A DNA stretch of 64,000 nucleotides from an uncultured Oligoflexus sp. (GTDB taxonomy: Bacteria > Bdellovibrionota_B > Oligoflexia > Oligoflexales > Oligoflexaceae): the NCBI GenBank assembly GCA_964236955.1, contig CAXSGP010000010.1, positions 1-64,000 of the forward strand, read 5' to 3'. Position numbers and translations under genes: made by a program. A model generated the notes under the pieces. It did no database searches, was not told the DNA's origin, and was given only the letters and a program-made list of their open reading frames with translations. The first letter of the stretch is position 1. Every line of letters begins with the position of its first letter. This document shows positions 39,743 to 48,851 of the stretch, in pieces.

Positions 39743-40453
39743 CTAGGGACGAAGAATCCTGGTCAGTTCAGTAGTCTCAATCATTTTCAGCACGCCGTCG
39801 CCGACAGTATTGGTCGTTTCAATCACAGTCTTCACCATGATTCCACTACCGTCCTGCAAGGTCCAATTCTGAAACGTGGTAGGGCCCGAACCCGGAGCAT
39901 TGGTCCTGCCATTGATGTACTCCGCAGCAAAACTGCCGGCTGAGACCTGAACCGATTGGGGCCCTTTCTCCATGATTTCAACGTTATCTTTGATATTCAC
40001 TTTTGATAGAATCGAATTCAGCTGATTGCAGCTTTTCAACCATTGAGCTTTGGTCAGGACCACTTTTGAAACCACGGGCTGAGCGATACCCTCAACTACC
40101 ATTGTTCGGGTGGAGAGCACCTGCGTTTCATCGGCCTGGAGAAACCAATCTTCAAAGCTTGATTTTGAATTCTTTATGATGGAAGCGTCAGCACCCGATG
40201 CCTGGGAAACCGTTGAATACGATAGTAAAAGGCCCTTAGGATGGCCCGTGACATAGGTTTTCCATGAATCCTCGCAAGCGACGGTCGCCCCTTGAGTCGT
40301 TGCATTTTCAGTGACAGTTTCACTGTCTTTTGGCAATCGCGCGACCTGCACCGGAGTGCTGTCTTTTTTATCATCATCAGAATTACTACATGCAAAACCG
40401 CATGACAGGGCTGAGATTACGATAAGGGCACTGGTCCAAAGATTCGCTTGCAT
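39743..40453 (-). CDS. Hypothetical lipoprotein
   Basis: Signal peptide with GFAC followed by SNSDDD; GGAGG RBS; VSAGSF motif in a beta-rich C-terminus. Confidence 0.8.
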   Translation of the reverse strand: MQANLWTSALIVISALSCGFACSNSDDDKKDSTPVQVARLPKDSETVTENATTQGATVACEDSWKTYVTGHPKGLLLSYSTVSQASGADASIIKNSKSSFEDWFLQADETQVLSTRTMVVEGIAQPVVSKVVLTKAQWLKSCNQLNSILSKVNIKDNVEIMEKGPQSVQVSAGSFAAEYINGRTNAPGSGPTTFQNWTLQDGSGIMVKTVIETTNTVGDGVLKMIETTELTRILRP

Positions 40454-40679
40454 AGTTTATCCTCCCCTGCATATTTTGGGACGACCGGCTCAAATCATCC
40501 CACTCTCACCTTTAACCCGTTTGCACGAGGCTGGCGAGTGGAATTACGTTGATCCATCCCTGCAGAATTAGACTGGTCGCTATTTGCTGGCTGAAAGTCA
40601 GGCTCACAGTGAGCTAAGCGCCAGGACTCTCTTTATTCGCAGCGAGAACACAGAAAAGCAGAAACTGCCAATCTCAGAG

Positions 40680-40711
40680 AAAAAAGGACCCTGGATCACC
40701 CAGAGCCCTTT
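40680..40711 (-). terminator. Intrinsic terminator about 230 nt downstream of the acidic-protein gene
   Basis: Minus strand AAAGGGCTCTGG-gtgat-CCAGGGTCCTTT-TTT; the two G-U pairs form only on the minus strand. Confidence 0.7.
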
Positions 40712-40942
40712 GCAATTTCTCATGTCACGGTCTCAAACAGCAACGGCTGCATGGGTAAAGTTAACCGAGGCCGAAGGCCAAAGGATCTCATCGTTCCAGG
40801 AAGAGCCTGGAAAGGATCACGCCTCTTTAATACCTGATGCTGCCTATCCCGAAATCAAGCACCGGAAAGGTTTGTCCCAAGGCAGCAGGTCCTCTTGATT
40901 TCAGCAGCGGCCAAGCCTGTCGATTCCTTGGAAACAGCGGTC

Positions 40943-41242
40943 CTATAGATCGTCATCATCTTCATCATCATAGAGTTCATCTAATGATGTCTCTTCAGCT
41001 TCATCATCCTCTTCGTCGTCATCGGCGAAGTCATCATCTTCATCAGCTTCTTCTTTTTCTTTTTCTGCGGCTTCGTTTTCTTCTTTCCACTCTTCGATTT
41101 CGTCCGTGTCCATTTCGTCGACAACGTGTTCATCGGCGAGCTTCTCGGCGCGCTCTTCCAGCCAATCCTTGGCATCGTCCTCAGAATCAAAACCAGCCTT
41201 GAGAATCTTGCCTGTCTCGATGTTATAGACTTTCCAAAGCAA
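40943..41242 (-). CDS. Small, extremely acidic protein
   Basis: GGAG-N8-TTG start; 99 aa with a compact N-terminal domain (WKVYNIETGKILKAGF.SEDDAKDWLEE) and a D/E-rich tail. Confidence 0.8.
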   Translation of the reverse strand: MLWKVYNIETGKILKAGFDSEDDAKDWLEERAEKLADEHVVDEMDTDEIEEWKEENEAAEKEKEEADEDDDFADDDEEDDEAEETSLDELYDDEDDDDL

Positions 41243-41356
41243 CGTCTTATCTCCAATTTTACTAGGGACTTGAAGCACCCAAATTTTGCCTTGGCAAAGG
41301 GTGGGCGATCACCACTGGACTCCGACGGGACTGTCCCGCCTCTTCTGGATGTCCGC

Positions 41357-41385
41357 AACTTAAGTAAAAGCCTATTGTCTGTCAA
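41357..41385 (-). promoter_or_regulatory. Sigma-70-type promoter of the acidic-protein gene
   Basis: TTGACA-N17-TAAGTT. Confidence 0.6.
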
Positions 41386-41646
41386 TAAAATGCCGGTCAA
41401 GTCCTGATCCACTGGCCCTTTGCTGAACTTTAGGCTTAGCCCGATCCCTATCGACTGACTTTCCTCCAAAATTCTATCACAGGTTTTTGCCAGAAAGCTG
41501 CGTCTAATCCATATTTTCCCAAACAAATAGCTAAATTGAATGATCTTGAGCGGAGATCTTTGTTGCGTCATTATAACATCTTTACACTTGCCTGCCGGCG
41601 GCGACTCTAGTAAACAACTGCATCAGGAAGCCTAAGGAGTCTTGTC

Positions 41647-42333
41647 ATGTTGATCCCAGCTCTACTCACTGCCCTTGCCCTAACCGCTGCTGAACCCCGT
41701 CCATGGACCTGTGATCTGGCACCAAGCGTGGGTCGGGGCAGCGCCGACGAAGGTCACATTGATAGCATAAGCAGCCTCAATTTTGGGTGTCGCTACCATG
41801 TGCTCAGTGTCATGGGGATTGCCATCAGTCCAAACCTTGGCATCGATAAGCAGATGTGGTCCGTCTACCAGACGAATACCGGCTATAAAAATATAAGCAC
41901 CTACGAAACCCAGGATTTCAACCTTGGACTGCGCCTGGAAAAAGCAATGAGCCGATCGACCAAAATTTACTACGGCCTCGCCTCAGGTCAGGGTCGCGGC
42001 ACCTTAAACCTTACTCAATCTACCAGTCAAAGCTCATTAAACAGCAGCTTTTCCGATGTCAGGCACAGTTACCTGCAGCACAGTTTCGGCGGCAGCTATG
42101 CCCTTACCGAAAATCTGAGTCTTTCCCTTGCCTGGCAGCATCAGGTCGCAAGCCAAAGCTGGACCTATGACAAGGGCGCGGTGCTTCTGCAAAATGTTGA
42201 TGAAGACAATCGACTCTCCCTGGCCAGTGGCGTGACGGCATTGGTCGGAACGGGAAGCTTGCCGCGAAGCAGCAGTCGCAGCACAACCCATCTCATTCAG
42301 ATCGGCCTTAGCTTTCAGTTTGGTGCTCATTGA
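41647..42333 (+). CDS. Probable outer-membrane beta-barrel protein
   Basis: AAGGAG RBS, signal peptide, amphipathic strands and C-terminal IGLSFQF. Confidence 0.75.
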   Translation: MLIPALLTALALTAAEPRPWTCDLAPSVGRGSADEGHIDSISSLNFGCRYHVLSVMGIAISPNLGIDKQMWSVYQTNTGYKNISTYETQDFNLGLRLEKAMSRSTKIYYGLASGQGRGTLNLTQSTSQSSLNSSFSDVRHSYLQHSFGGSYALTENLSLSLAWQHQVASQSWTYDKGAVLLQNVDEDNRLSLASGVTALVGTGSLPRSSSRSTTHLIQIGLSFQFGAH

Positions 42334-42339
42334 TCGGAT

Positions 42340-42825
42340 TTAGACTTTAATCACCTTCGAGAGCCCGCAGATATAGTTCCATTCGTGTAAGGCGACCTGT
42401 TGAATCGACAGTCGTTGCCCCGGCTTTACCAAAGCCATATCCAGAAGAACCTTATCGTTTTTCAATCGCTTCAAAAGAATCGGCTCTGCAAATCGTGCAT
42501 GGGCTTTTACATCGACCATACACCAGCGGGATTCGCCCTTGGCCGCCGATTTTTCGTCATAATACTGGGAATTGCGATCGAGGGCGCTGGGATCAGGATA
42601 AGCCTCTCTGACCACCTTTGCAATGCCTACGATCGCCGGCTCCTCCACCCGACTGTGATAGATAAAGACAGATTGGCCTACCTTAAACCGGTCACGCATA
42701 TAATTACGTGCCAAATAGTTGCGTACACCATCCCAACTTTCGGTCTTTTTCGGCCGTCTAACCAGATCATCAAAGCCAAAAGTGTCGGGCTCAGTCTTCA
42801 TCAGCCAGTACAAGTCCTCGGACAT
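42340..42825 (-). CDS. EVE-domain protein
   Basis: YWLMKTEP, WDGVRNY.ARN, YHS, YPDP and RLSIQ motifs. Confidence 0.93.
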   Translation of the reverse strand: MSEDLYWLMKTEPDTFGFDDLVRRPKKTESWDGVRNYLARNYMRDRFKVGQSVFIYHSRVEEPAIVGIAKVVREAYPDPSALDRNSQYYDEKSAAKGESRWCMVDVKAHARFAEPILLKRLKNDKVLLDMALVKPGQRLSIQQVALHEWNYICGLSKVIKV

Positions 42826-42918
42826 AATCACACCTTTCTAAAAATCCTAGCTCGCAGGCAGCAAAATCGGATAAACCTTACCATTCATCGGATGGTCTCG
42901 CCTAAGGAACCCTAAGTC

Positions 42919-45696
42919 ATGAGTAAAAAACGACTCTTCATTATCGATGCGATGGCGATGGCCTTTAGAAATTTTCACGCCATAAGACCCCTTTCTACCA
43001 GCCAAAACATACCCGTAAATGCAGTCTATGGTTGCCTTGTGTTCCTGGCCGGACTTATTGAGAAGCAAAAACCCGACTATTTCGTATTTGCCACCGATAG
43101 CCAGGAAAAGACCTTTCGTCACGATTTCTATGCAGCCTACAAGGCCAATCGTTCGGATATGCCCGAGGATTTGGCCAGGCAGATTCCCTTGCTTTATCGC
43201 CTTTTTGAAGCGTTTCAGGCGCCCTTGCTTAAAGAGCCCGGGCTCGAAGCCGATGACCTGATCGGATCGCTCGTCCACCAGTTGGCCAGCGATGATTTAC
43301 ACTGTTATATCGTTTCCGGCGACAAAGACTTCATGCAGCTCGTCAATGATAATGTCTCCCTTTACTGCCCGAAAAAAGGCGGTGAGGCCGTCCTTATCGA
43401 AAAAGAGGGCGTCTTCGAGAAATTCGGCTGCTCGCCTAAGCAGGTTATTGATATCCTCGCCTTGATCGGCGATAGCTCCGACAATGTTCCGGGCGTCCCT
43501 GGTATTGGGGACAAAGGCGCCGCGAAGCTGATTCAGGAGTTTCAAAGTCTTGATGCAATCTATCAGAATCTCGATAGGATCACCAATCAGCGCCAGCGCA
43601 ATGGCCTGCTTGAAAACAAGGAACTCGCCTACCTATCCCAGCGCCTCGTCACGATCAAGGTCGATGCGGTTTTGCCATGGACCCTTGTTGATTTCGAGTG
43701 CATTCCCGAGCAGGCCATTGCCAACCCGGCGCTGCTCGCGTTCGCGACGGAAATGGAATTCAAAACCCATGTCGAACGTATCAAAACGAAGATCAACAAA
43801 CGCGCTGCGGCTGCGGAACGGTCCCAGGAACCGGCAGCCGATGACGCGCGGCTGCCGGCGGTTGCCGAAGGACCTCTGCCGGCACCGCGGGATGTAAACG
43901 ACTATCGCCTGGTGACAAGCGAAGAGGATTTTCAAAAACTTCTCACCGATCTGGCGACGGTTTCAGTCTTTGCCTTTGATACAGAAACGACGGGACTTGA
44001 CCGCATTGCCTGCGTGCCTATCGGTCTAAGCCTTTCCTTTCAATCCGGCAGCGCCTGCTATATCCCTCTTCTCGCCCGGCACCGCGTTCTGGAGGAAGAG
44101 CGCGTGAAGGGCTATATGCGGACCATACTGGGCAACGCCGAGCAACTGAAGATCGCCCATAATGCCAAATTCGATATTCAGATGCTTGGCAATGTGGATA
44201 TCGCCGTCGTCGGTCCTCTTGCCGATACCATGATTGCCTCGCATCTCAACGACACCTCGGACCGGGGCCACAGTCTGGATGAAAACTGTCTTCGCCATTT
44301 TGGATATAAAAAGATTCCCACCAAAAATCTCCTCGACAAACAGGGGACGATGCTGAGCACGCCGCTTGAGGATTTGGTTGAATATGCCTGCGAGGATGCT
44401 GACTTTACCTTTCGCCTTTGGGAGGTCCTCGAAGCCAGGCTCAAGGCGAAAGACCTCTTGCGTGTGTTCTACGATATCGAGATGCCCTTGATACCCGTGA
44501 TCGCCCGCATGGAATCGACAGGCGTGCATATCGATACCGAAATTTTGCAGGAAATATCCGATAAACTGGCGGCCAAGATCAAGCTCCTGGAAGTCGAAAT
44601 CTATAGGATCGCCGGCGAAGAATTTAACATTAACTCCACCAAGCAATTGGCCACTATCCTCTTTGAAAAGCTCAAAATCCATGAACTGCTGGGTCTCAAA
44701 CGAATCAAAAAAACCAAGACCGGCTACTCGACGGACGTGTCGGTCCTGGAACAGATGGGGGAACATCCGCTGGGAGCGGCGTTGCTGTCCTATCGAACTC
44801 TGATAAAATTGAAATCGACCTATGTCGACTCCCTGCCGCAGTTGATCCATCCAAAGAGCAACCGTCTCCACACCAATTTTCATCAATCGGGCACGACAAC
44901 GGGTCGCTTGAGTTCGAACGATCCCAACCTTCAAAACATTCCGATTCGTTCCGAAGAGGGTCGGGAGATACGCAAAGCCTTCCGGGCAAGTCAAAAGGAT
45001 TGGGTCTTGGTCTCTGCTGACTACTCGCAGGTCGAGCTCCGCATCCTGGCCTTTCTTGCTCAGGAAGAAAACCTGCGGCAGGCCTTCGTCGATCGGCAGG
45101 ATATTCACACCGCAACAGCGGCCCGCATTTTCGGAGTTGCCCCCGGCGAGGTTTCGGGCAATCAGCGGGCCCAGGCGAAAGCCATTAACTTCGGCATTAT
45201 TTACGGTATGGGTCCGCAGCGCCTGGCTCGGGAAACTGGCGTTACGATGAGGGAAGCGAAGGACTTTATCGATAAGTATTTTGCGACTTATCCGGGTATT
45301 CGTCAATATATCGACAGGTCCATTGCCTTCGCGCGCGAGCATGAATACACTCTGACTTTTTCCGGTCGACGCCGTACCCTGCATGAGATCAATGAGACCA
45401 AGGATCGCATGCTCCTGGCCAATGCGCAGAACATAGCCGTCAATGCCCCTGTTCAGGGCAGCGCGGCCGACCTGATCAAGATCGCCATGGTGAAGGTGCA
45501 AAAGAAGCTGGATGAAACCGGGTCGCGTGCTAGAATGCTTCTCCAGGTGCACGATGAATTGGTTTTTGAATGTCCTAAGGAAGATAAGAACAGCCTCATC
45601 GAGCTGGTGAGACGTGAGATGGAAGGGGCCTATGACTTCGGGGTCCCCTTGCAAACCGATGTTGGTGTTGGCGATAACTGGTTAGAGGCGCATTAA
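42919..45696 (+). CDS. polA: DNA polymerase I
   Basis: 5'-3' exonuclease (EADD, SGDKD, GDSSDNVPG), 3'-5' exonuclease (DTETT) and polymerase (TGRLSS.DPNLQNIP, DYSQVELR, KAINFG, QVHDEL) motifs. Confidence 0.98.
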   Translation: MSKKRLFIIDAMAMAFRNFHAIRPLSTSQNIPVNAVYGCLVFLAGLIEKQKPDYFVFATDSQEKTFRHDFYAAYKANRSDMPEDLARQIPLLYRLFEAFQAPLLKEPGLEADDLIGSLVHQLASDDLHCYIVSGDKDFMQLVNDNVSLYCPKKGGEAVLIEKEGVFEKFGCSPKQVIDILALIGDSSDNVPGVPGIGDKGAAKLIQEFQSLDAIYQNLDRITNQRQRNGLLENKELAYLSQRLVTIKVDAVLPWTLVDFECIPEQAIANPALLAFATEMEFKTHVERIKTKINKRAAAAERSQEPAADDARLPAVAEGPLPAPRDVNDYRLVTSEEDFQKLLTDLATVSVFAFDTETTGLDRIACVPIGLSLSFQSGSACYIPLLARHRVLEEERVKGYMRTILGNAEQLKIAHNAKFDIQMLGNVDIAVVGPLADTMIASHLNDTSDRGHSLDENCLRHFGYKKIPTKNLLDKQGTMLSTPLEDLVEYACEDADFTFRLWEVLEARLKAKDLLRVFYDIEMPLIPVIARMESTGVHIDTEILQEISDKLAAKIKLLEVEIYRIAGEEFNINSTKQLATILFEKLKIHELLGLKRIKKTKTGYSTDVSVLEQMGEHPLGAALLSYRTLIKLKSTYVDSLPQLIHPKSNRLHTNFHQSGTTTGRLSSNDPNLQNIPIRSEEGREIRKAFRASQKDWVLVSADYSQVELRILAFLAQEENLRQAFVDRQDIHTATAARIFGVAPGEVSGNQRAQAKAINFGIIYGMGPQRLARETGVTMREAKDFIDKYFATYPGIRQYIDRSIAFAREHEYTLTFSGRRRTLHEINETKDRMLLANAQNIAVNAPVQGSAADLIKIAMVKVQKKLDETGSRARMLLQVHDELVFECPKEDKNSLIELVRREMEGAYDFGVPLQTDVGVGDNWLEAH

Positions 45697-45697
45697 A

Positions 45698-46462
45698 ATG
45701 GAAGATCCAGAAAAACTCAAGGTCATGGGCATCTTCGAACACATCGACGAATTGCGCTCGCGGCTGGTCAAGTCGATGCTGGTGCTCATCGTCATGTTTT
45801 GCGTCTGCTATTACTTTGCACCCCAGATCTTGTTTTTTTTGAAACAGCCGCTGGTTGAGGTCTTGCCAAGGAATGCACCCTCGCTGTATTTCACCGGACC
45901 CATGGATGTCTTCACGGCAAACGTCAAACTCGGCTTTTTTACAGCTCTCATCATTAGCTGTCCGATCTGGCTCTATCAGCTTTGGAAATTTCTTGAGCCT
46001 GCGCTTTATGAAAAAGAAAAAAAGTATGTGCTGCCCTTTATGGTCTCATCGATAACGCTTTTCCTGGCCGGCGTTTCCCTTTGCTACTACATGATCCTGC
46101 CCCTGGCGCTCAAGTATCTGATTGGTCTTGGCACCGACATGGGAACAACACCTATCATCACCATTAGCGATTATCTGTCGCTCATTATGCTGATGATGGC
46201 CGCTTTTGGAGCGGTGTTTGAAACTCCGGTGATCCTGGTGATGCTGGCTCTGCTCGATCTCATTAGCGCCCAGACCCTGCGGGATAATCGTAAGATCGTT
46301 ATCGTCATCATCTTTATTGTCGCGGCGGTTTTAACGCCAACCCCCGACCCCCTCTCGCAGCTCGCCATGGCGATTCCCACTTGGCTACTCTTTGAGGGAT
46401 CGATACTGTTGATCGCATGGCTTCAAAGATCCAAGGATAAAGCAGCTAAATCCAAGGATTAA
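45698..46462 (+). CDS. tatC: Twin-arginine translocase subunit TatC
   Basis: EHIDELRSRL, YQLWKF..PALY..EK, FETP and AA.LTP.PDP.SQ motifs. Confidence 0.95.
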   Translation: MEDPEKLKVMGIFEHIDELRSRLVKSMLVLIVMFCVCYYFAPQILFFLKQPLVEVLPRNAPSLYFTGPMDVFTANVKLGFFTALIISCPIWLYQLWKFLEPALYEKEKKYVLPFMVSSITLFLAGVSLCYYMILPLALKYLIGLGTDMGTTPIITISDYLSLIMLMMAAFGAVFETPVILVMLALLDLISAQTLRDNRKIVIVIIFIVAAVLTPTPDPLSQLAMAIPTWLLFEGSILLIAWLQRSKDKAAKSKD

Positions 46463-46464
46463 AG

Positions 46465-47361
46465 ATGAAGAACCGAATGGAAATGGCGGCGAGGACATTT
46501 TTTAAATCGGGACTTCGGGTCGCTTTTTTGGCGATCCTGCTCCCGGGTCTTCTCATTTTTATTGACCCGGAGTTCGGTTGCGCGCAGGAGAATCCTCGGG
46601 CAAGCCCTCCAGCATTTCCCGGCACTCCGCCTTCGGCAGAGAAGGGACCTCAAGCGGCCCCAGCCGATTCGGGCAAGGACACCGAACAAGACAAGGGCAT
46701 GCCCACCTTAAGTCCTGAGGCAATCGCGGCCTTGCCGGCTCGAAATGGCAACTGGAGCATAGGTTTTGATGTTCGAAAGCTCAATATCACCCCCAGCAAC
46801 CGAAGCTATAAACAGCGAGGATTGACTCCTGATATCAATGTTGGCTATGTTTATATCAAGGACAGCTGGTGGGTAATGGCACGCGGCCATGTGCCTTTTG
46901 GTCCAACCAGCGTGCGCTACCCTGATAGTCCTCCTGTCGACTTTGAAGGTTATGGTCTGTCTGCAACCTTCGGGAAAAGTCTCACCTCATCTTTACGCAA
47001 CCCTGGGGGCTCCTATGGCGCTGAGATGGGCGTGGAAATTTTTCAACTCGTCGGACGTTCGTTTCGTCGCCAGGTTCTTGCCGACCAATCGATCAGCGAG
47101 GCCTGGTTGATGAAGGCCGGTTGGACCGCGATCACGCCGGCCCTGACCGCGACTTTTCTCAAACCAGCGCGTCCGCAGGGCAATCGTCCTGAATGGCTTA
47201 TGACCCGTATCGAAGGCTATCATATGAGCCTTGGCGTCGTTATTCCCGTGCAAAGATCCTGGGATCTGCGCTGGGAACATGACCACGTGGGCCAAGGCGA
47301 TCGCGGCACCTGGAAGGGCGTCTTTGGGGTGGTCTCACTGTCGACTTGGCTTGGAATTTGA
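46465..47361 (+). CDS. Hypothetical exported or outer-membrane protein
   Basis: Hydrophobic N-terminus, Pro-rich linker, then beta-strand-rich body; coupled to tatC. Confidence 0.7.
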   Translation: MKNRMEMAARTFFKSGLRVAFLAILLPGLLIFIDPEFGCAQENPRASPPAFPGTPPSAEKGPQAAPADSGKDTEQDKGMPTLSPEAIAALPARNGNWSIGFDVRKLNITPSNRSYKQRGLTPDINVGYVYIKDSWWVMARGHVPFGPTSVRYPDSPPVDFEGYGLSATFGKSLTSSLRNPGGSYGAEMGVEIFQLVGRSFRRQVLADQSISEAWLMKAGWTAITPALTATFLKPARPQGNRPEWLMTRIEGYHMSLGVVIPVQRSWDLRWEHDHVGQGDRGTWKGVFGVVSLSTWLGI

Positions 47362-47522
47362 TTTCTCTTCCACCAATGCTTCCGCCATTCGATGACAGTT
47401 ATTATTCAATGCCATGGGTTTAGGCCATCAGACGGGCGATGACGAGGCGCGTGGGTAACCCGCTTTTGCAGACGGAACATTCGGGCTGAAATTATTGTGG
47501 GCCTCATCACTAGGAGACGGAT

Positions 47523-48851
47523 ATGAGGGGTTTTGGAATCTTGGCATGCAGCCTGATGATGGCCTGGCCATCGTTTGCCGCGACCGGCAAAGACGATGTG
47601 CAGGAATTTAAGCTCAAGAACGGTATGAAAGTTCTTCTTCTCAAGGACAGCTCCATTCCCAATGCCAACATGTACACTTTCTGGAAGGTCGGATCGCGCA
47701 ACGAACTGCCTGGCATTACCGGCCTTTCGCACTTTTTTGAGCACATGATGTTCAACGGTTCCAAAAATTATCCGCCGGGCTCCTTCGATACGGTGATGGA
47801 AGCAGCGGGTGGCTCCAATAACGCCTACACGAGCAATGATGTAACCGTTTATACCAACTGGTTTCCCACGTCGGCATTCTCCACCATCATCAATCTTGAA
47901 GCCGATCGTATCGCCTTCCTTCAACTCGATGATAAAAAAATCGAAAGTGAACGCGGCGTGGTGCTGTCCGAGCGATCGACTGGCCTTGAAAACGATCCCT
48001 GGGAAGAGCTGAGCATCGTCGTGCGTTCCACGGCTTACCTGGCTCACCCTTACAGTTGGCCGGTCATAGGCTGGGAGCCGGATATCAAAGCCTGGAAGAA
48101 GGCTGATCTTCAGCATTATTTTGATACCTACTATAACCCTGCAAACGCCGTCATGGTCATCGTCGGTGATGTGGATCCGGCGGCAATCATCAAGGAATTG
48201 CAGGCCAAGATCGAACCCATATCACGCAAGTTCGAAGTCCAGCCGCTCCGTACCGTGGAACCCGAACAAAAGGGTGAGCGGCGGGTTTGGGTTCTCAGAC
48301 CAGGCATTACCAATCCGCATTTCATGGCTGCCTATCATACCCCGGCGGCCAACCATGCCGATCATTATGCGCTCGACCTCCTGTCCGTAATCTTGAGTGA
48401 TGGACCCTCATCACGCCTATATAAATCGCTTGTCGATGAGCAGCGCATCGCTCTTGAAGTGGGGGCTAACAATGGGGAAGGACTTGATCCTGAACTCTTT
48501 ACCTTTTCCATAGTCGGCGCCGAGGGCAAAAAACCATCGGCGATAGAAAAGGCCTTTGACAAGGAAATCGAGGCCCTGGTCAACAGAGGAGTGACCGATC
48601 GTGAGTTGGAAAAAGCGAAAAACAAACGCCTGGTCGGCCTCTATCGGGCGATGGAAACGATCAACGGCAAGGCGCAGTTGCTCGGCAATTTTGAGATCTT
48701 TTTCGGCGGATTCCAACATCTCTTCACCGCCCCGCAAAGCTATAAGGCCGTGAACACCGCTGATATTAAACGAGTGGCCAGGACTTATTTCGCCCCAAGC
48801 AACCGCACCCTCGGCATAATCGACCAACAGCAGGAAAAAGGAAAGGAATGA
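47523..48851 (+). CDS. M16 zinc peptidase, catalytic subunit
   Basis: Signal peptide; inverted zinc motif HFFEH; NAYT; ERGVV..E. Confidence 0.93.
   Translation: MRGFGILACSLMMAWPSFAATGKDDVQEFKLKNGMKVLLLKDSSIPNANMYTFWKVGSRNELPGITGLSHFFEHMMFNGSKNYPPGSFDTVMEAAGGSNNAYTSNDVTVYTNWFPTSAFSTIINLEADRIAFLQLDDKKIESERGVVLSERSTGLENDPWEELSIVVRSTAYLAHPYSWPVIGWEPDIKAWKKADLQHYFDTYYNPANAVMVIVGDVDPAAIIKELQAKIEPISRKFEVQPLRTVEPEQKGERRVWVLRPGITNPHFMAAYHTPAANHADHYALDLLSVILSDGPSSRLYKSLVDEQRIALEVGANNGEGLDPELFTFSIVGAEGKKPSAIEKAFDKEIEALVNRGVTDRELEKAKNKRLVGLYRAMETINGKAQLLGNFEIFFGGFQHLFTAPQSYKAVNTADIKRVARTYFAPSNRTLGIIDQQQEKGKE

Noticed and set aside
40833..40860. CTGATG...GAAA resembling a hammerhead core, and GTCCCAAG nearby resembling a twister loop
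   Set aside because: The core reads CTGATGC instead of CTGANGA and the required stems do not form; the region is kept only as an unassigned structured RNA.
40584..41202. Plus-strand ORFs 40584-40898 and 40837-41202 (His/Arg-rich)
   Set aside because: No RBS; the second is the antisense reading of the Asp/Glu codons of the acidic protein.
41450..41470. GGAGGAAAGTC on the minus strand, resembling the RNase P RNA 5' P4 motif
   Set aside because: It continues AGTC rather than C(G/C)GG, no matching 3' ACAGAA...GGCTTA motif was found, and a CDS occupies the expected span.
42340..42825. EVE domain as part of a modification-dependent restriction system
   Set aside because: It is a stand-alone EVE protein with no fused or adjacent nuclease, and its context (polA) is housekeeping.
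44026..45654. 542-aa ORF antisense to polA
   Set aside because: It lies entirely within an unambiguous polA and has no recognisable motifs; it is a typical antisense shadow produced by codon bias.
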